Source: an uncultured virus (IMG/VR IMGVR_UViG_3300022660_000058)
Lineage: Duplodnaviria; Heunggongvirae; Uroviricota; Caudoviricetes
Virus record (IMG/VR): IMGVR_UViG_3300022660_000058
Direction: 5' to 3' (one strand)
DNA: 64,000 bases
Shown here: positions 59,634 through 64,000 of the stretch, in pieces
Layout of the letters: the number at the start of each line of letters is the position of its first letter
Numbering within the stretch: the first letter of the stretch is position 1
Notes under the pieces: model-generated
What the model was told of the DNA's origin: nothing
The model's input: the letters and a program-made list of their open reading frames with translations, nothing else
The model's database searches: none
Translations under genes and position numbers: made by a program

Positions 59634-60116
59634 ATGGCTATTCAAGTAAGTAGTATCGAAGAATTAAAAAGAGTGATGATGGAAGAAACACAAAGAGCAA
59701 TGATTAAAGCCGAAGATAATATGCTTGAAGATATAGGCGAAAGAATTAACAAAGTGGTTTATCAGGCGTATACCCCCAAAGTTTATAAAAGAACAGGCGA
59801 TTTAAAAAGTTCATTAAATAGTGGTACTTACGAAGTAAATTCGGAACGCATAAGCTCATATGTTAATCACGACCCATATTATGCAAATTGGTACTCCGTG
59901 AAAGATGGTGCAAGATTTGAAGATGTGCCACTCGTGGTATCTATGGGTTACTGTTGGGGTACATTTAACGGTATAGGATATGATGGTCAAATGCACCACC
60001 TTAATCCAAGCGGTACACCGTGGGGAAAAGGAAGATATTATATGTATTTAACCGACAGAGAATATATGAATATGTTAAGTTATCATTTACCATATTCTTG
60101 TAGGGTTCATTATTAA
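59634..60116 (+). CDS. tail-region protein preceding the tape measure gene
   Basis: VYQAYTPKVYKRTGDL motif; GGTGG RBS. Confidence 0.65.
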   Translation: MAIQVSSIEELKRVMMEETQRAMIKAEDNMLEDIGERINKVVYQAYTPKVYKRTGDLKSSLNSGTYEVNSERISSYVNHDPYYANWYSVKDGARFEDVPLVVSMGYCWGTFNGIGYDGQMHHLNPSGTPWGKGRYYMYLTDREYMNMLSYHLPYSCRVHY

Positions 60117-60142
60117 AAATAAATTAGAAAGGTGGTGGTTAA

Positions 60143-62062
60143 ATGGCAGATATAGAATTTAGAGTTGATGCGGTATTAGGTGATACTTCTCAACTACAAC
60201 AACAATTAAATAATTTAAGAACAAATTTAAATTTAACAATAGATAATCGTCAGGCATTACAATCTATACAAGCAGTTCAGCAACAAATTAATAATTTACA
60301 GCGAACTATGAATAATATGAATTTCAATATTGGTGGTGCTGGCGGTAGAGGTGGTGGCACACGAAACGGTGGCAATGGTGTTAATGCTTTAACCGCACAA
60401 TTTGAAACTACAACATTACAAAAAACAGATTCATTATATAGACAAATTAGTAACACTGTTAATGGAACTGTTAAAAATATTCAAGTATTACGAAATGAAC
60501 AGGGTCAAATTGTTAGTGGTGTTGTTACAATTTCCAACGGCTACCAAACTTGGCGAAGAAATTTAGAGTTTGTTAATGGACAATATCAAAGAGTAATTGC
60601 AAGTGGTAGAGATACCATTTCTTTGTCGCAAAAGTCAAATGATTTATATAGACAAAGAGAACAACACCTCAAAAACATTAGTAATATTAAAAGGCAATTA
60701 TTAACTGCTACAGGTGACGAAAAACGAGTTCTTGAACAACAACTGCAATCAGAACAACGATTAAGTAAATTGGTTGCCAATAGAATTAGTCGTAAAAATT
60801 CAAGTGGCGTTGCTATGAACCAAACAAACGAAGGTGAAACTCGTATTAATCAGCTTAAGACACAGCTTGCATACGAAGAAAGATTAGCACAAGCCAAAGT
60901 GCGAGTTAAACAAGCAACAATAGAGCAGAACGCTCTTAATAAGCTTGGTATGGATACAGGTACTAAACTTAATACAAGTAGCATTAAAGATATAGAATCT
61001 CTTAAAACAGCATTATCTTCAGCTAATATAGGTTGGAACGATAATACACATTCTATTAAGCAGTTTTCTCAACATATAGATAATGCAGGTAATACTGTCA
61101 CCAAATTTACCACTCGTCAAAAATCAGTAGAGAATGGCGTAGAGGTTTGGAAAGATACTTCGTATGCTGTTTCGGATGCCGATGGTAAATTAAGGCAATA
61201 TGGTCAAACTCAAAATCAAGTTCTTAATACTCAACAAAGTTTAAGCACTATGCTTACTTCTGCAATAGAAAGATTTGCAGTTTGGGGTATTGCAATGAAG
61301 ATTTGGACAGGTATTGGCAATGCTATTTCTGATTGTATTAGTTATACAAAAGAATTAAATAGTGCAATGACCAACATTCGTGTTGTTACTATGGATACCC
61401 AAGAAGCAACAGAAGATTTGCTTAAAACATATAACCAAATGGCTCAAAGACTTGGTGCAAATACAACTGATATTGCATCGGGTGCGATTGACTGGTTAAG
61501 GCAGGGTTTTAGTGAAGAAGATACAGCTCAATTAGTAGAGAGTTCTACCGTTTTAAGTAAATTAGCTCTTATTGACAATGCTGAAGCAACCGAATATTTA
61601 ACTTCTGCATTAAAGGGTTATAAGTTAGAAGCAAAAGATGCTATGGGCGTTATTGACCAATTAACCTCTATCGACTTAGAGGCGGCTACTTCAGCAAGTG
61701 ATATGGCGGAGGCAATGAGCCGTACTGCTAATATGGCAAAAACAACAGGTTTTGAAATGAATGAATTGCTTGGTGTTATTGCTACAGTAAGTGAAGTTAC
61801 CCAAATGTCGGCATCTACTGTCGGTAACTCAATGAAAACCTTGCTCTCTCGTATGTCGAATGTTAAAGCAGGTGTTGAGATTGACCCTGAAAGTGGTGAA
61901 GCACTTAACGATGTTGAAAAGGTATTAAATCGTGTTGGTATTGCTCTGAGAGATAATCAGGGAAATTGGTATGATTTCTACAATGTTCTTGATGAGATAG
62001 CTTCACGATGGGATGAATTTAGTGATATTCAGCAATCACAGATTACAACTGCTCTTGGTGGT
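60143..62062 (+). CDS. tail tape measure protein, exon 1
   Basis: TP901-type TMP core (WLRQG, VGNSMKTL, EIASRW); 640 codons ending ...QITTALGG at the intron 5' splice site. Confidence 0.88.
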
Positions 62063-62208
62063 AAACAAAAGCCGAGTGCCACAACATACAGTAATGTATG
62101 GTGTTTAGCAGTATAATATAAACACAGAAGATGACCATATCGGGAAAACTCCTATTAGATAAGGACAATTCCGAGGAAAGATTAGTTTAATAATATAAAT
62201 GGAAATAC

Positions 62209-62237
62209 TTGACAAACAAATAAAATAATATTATAAT
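62209..62237 (+). promoter_or_regulatory. intron-internal sigmaA promoter for the endonuclease
   Basis: TTGACA AACAAATAAAATAATAT TATAAT, then AAGGAGG RBS. Confidence 0.85.
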
Positions 62238-62254
62238 ATAAGAAAGGAGGAAGT

Positions 62255-63367
62255 ATGGCAAGAAGTAAATGGACAGAAGATAAAGTACAGTTTTTAATAG
62301 ACAATTATAATCAAATGTCTATTGATGAAATTGCAGAGAAATTAAATATAAGTAAATGGACTATTTATGATAAAGTTAAAGAATTGGGTATTGGTAAGCA
62401 ATTCAAGTGGACAAATGCTAAAATTGAGATTTTAAAAGAATACTACCCTATTGGCGATTGGGATATTTTGTTTGAGAAGTTAGGCATAACAAATAAACGG
62501 TGCATAACGGATAAGGCGTGTTCACTTGGTATACATATGGACAGTAAAGTATGGACACAGACCGAAGAACAGTATTTAATTAATAATTACAATAAATTAA
62601 CTATATCTGAAATGGCAAAATATTTAAACCGAACTGAAAGTGCAATTATGACAAGAGGTTATAAATTAAATATCACAAATTCAAATATATGGACAGATGA
62701 AGATTTAGAATTATTACGAGAATTATACCCTATTCATTCTAATAAATATTTATCTGAAAATGTTTTTACAACAAAATCTCCCGAATCCATTAGAACCAAA
62801 GGGTTGCTTCTTGGATTACATAAATCTAAAGAAAAAGGGTTAAAGAAGTATTATAATAAAGATTTAATTTTGCAACAATTAAAAGATGTAGCAAAAGAAA
62901 TTGGTCGTACTCCCCTTTATAGTGAATTATGTTCTTTGGGTTTACCATCTGAAAAAACATTTGAGAGATTATTTGGTAGTTATCGTACCGCTTGTTTAGA
63001 TGCAGGGATAGATATAAATTGTGATGTTTTTGGTAATTGTAAATATCATATTGCTTCTGATAATACCATATGCCTTTCTTATGCAGAACTTATTATTACT
63101 GAATATTTAATTCAACATAATTTATCTTATCAAAAAGAATTATATTATAAAGATTTTATCAATGATAAACGCTGTGGAACAAAAAGATTTGATTGGAAAG
63201 TTGGAGAATATTTTATAGAATATTTTGGAATGATGAGCCGAGAAGATTATAAATGGTCTGCTGAAGATAAAATTAAAATATGTCAAGAAAACAATATAAA
63301 ATTAATAGAATTATATCCAAAAGATTTACCACATTTGGATAATAAATTAAATATATTATTAAACTAA
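62255..63367 (+). CDS. intron-encoded homing endonuclease (HTH repeats + PD-(D/E)xK/Vsr-like nuclease)
   Basis: Four WT..E...L...Y repeats, GRTP...FGSY repeat, S..E...RFDW...IEYFG...K nuclease domain. Confidence 0.8.
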   Translation: MARSKWTEDKVQFLIDNYNQMSIDEIAEKLNISKWTIYDKVKELGIGKQFKWTNAKIEILKEYYPIGDWDILFEKLGITNKRCITDKACSLGIHMDSKVWTQTEEQYLINNYNKLTISEMAKYLNRTESAIMTRGYKLNITNSNIWTDEDLELLRELYPIHSNKYLSENVFTTKSPESIRTKGLLLGLHKSKEKGLKKYYNKDLILQQLKDVAKEIGRTPLYSELCSLGLPSEKTFERLFGSYRTACLDAGIDINCDVFGNCKYHIASDNTICLSYAELIITEYLIQHNLSYQKELYYKDFINDKRCGTKRFDWKVGEYFIEYFGMMSREDYKWSAEDKIKICQENNIKLIELYPKDLPHLDNKLNILLN

Positions 63368-63594
63368 AATCCGTAACGACTAAATATCCATATGGTGACA
63401 TATGGGTTTACGCCATCCACCCTACTTAATTGAGGGTGAAGATAGAGTCTGTTCTGCACATATATATCTAAATAAAATAAAAGTGCAGAGTTAAGATGAA
63501 AGTCTTAACCGTTGTGAGATATGACACAATAGTAACATTTAGATTGAATAGAAAATCATATCTATAATACAAAATTTCTATTATCAATCAAAAA

Positions 63595-64000
63595 ACTCGG
63601 CAAAGAGAAAATGTCCTCGTAATGCTCGAAAACTGGGATAAGGTTAAACAATATGCTGAAACAGGTGCAAAGTCCGCAGGTACAGCAATGGAAAAATACG
63701 GCGTTATACTTGAAGGCGTTGAAGCAAAACAAGCACAATTAAATGCAAAAGTACAAGATTTTTATACAAATGTTTTTGATAGTGGGCTTATCACAGGTTT
63801 ATTAGACCTTGGTAAAGGTTTTATGGATATTATAAACCTTGGTGATGGATTAGTTGGCAAGATATTATTATTAGTAACTGCTTTAACCGCCTTAAATTTT
63901 GCGGTAAAATCTAATGCTTTAAGTGGTTTTCGTAATATACTTGTAGAGGTTGGCTCGGCTGTTAAAGAGGTTATTATGGCTATACCTCGATTAATAGCAG
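63595..64000 (+). CDS. tail tape measure protein, exon 2 (runs off the window)
   Basis: Open frame TRQRENVLVMLENWDKVK...SAGTAMEKY, the expected continuation of ...TALGG. Confidence 0.85.

Larger units (their letters stand above)
62063..63594 (+). mobile_element. group I intron (IA-like) with homing endonuclease ORF
   Basis: IGS GCCGAGT-GCCAC pairs both exons; P4-P6 ATCGGGAAAACTCCT..GGACAATTCCGAGG; P7 AACGACT/AGTCT; P7.1, P8 and P9 hairpins; the TMP frame resumes at 63595. Confidence 0.88.

Noticed and set aside
46819..60116. Fibre and lysin genes placed before the tape measure gene as an anomaly
   Set aside because: SPbeta-like phages also carry many genes between the tail tube and tape measure genes, so this is not distinctive.
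78..60780. Numerous short antisense or overlapping ORFs in the track (e.g. 78..392, 7163..7648, 40543..40869)
   Set aside because: They are shadow frames of better-supported genes, without RBSs or recognisable motifs.
62063..62116. C-terminal KQKPSATTYSNVWCLAV of ORF 60143..62116
   Set aside because: This is read-through into intron sequence; the real frame resumes at 63595.

Overview
The whole window is part of a large, AT-rich, SPbeta/c-st-like siphophage genome. The host is inferred to be a Firmicute, probably Clostridia, from sigmaA promoters, GGAGG RBSs and an M23+SH3 lysin. No host boundary is visible. (1) 1-24 kb, minus strand: an early arm with an SPbeta yopQ/yopR(mrpR)-like repression pair, then about 40 small genes, many in stand-alone promoter-gene-terminator cassettes. 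These include two SprT-like proteases, a class II glutamine amidotransferase, an amidoligase, a cyclic-phosphate receiver domain and a candidate SAM lyase. Eight terminator-to-promoter gaps between 10.5 and 23 kb are filled with a polar motif, TATTTTACCGTT (about 90-100 copies in total by hand count). These arrays lengthen towards the strand switch and flip orientation near it. (2) 24-26 kb: a divergent non-coding hub with tandem NrdR-box-like sites and a strongly C-skewed tract. (3) 26-64 kb, plus strand: tyrosine recombinase, YonO-type single-subunit RNA polymerase, HU, terminase, portal, capsid and tail genes, a 2.1k-aa CotH-kinase/LRR/repeat tail protein, lysin, GT2 and RecU-like resolvase. 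The tape-measure gene is split by a group I intron with a homing endonuclease and a non-canonical 3' splice site. All family calls come from motif recognition by eye; no searches were run.
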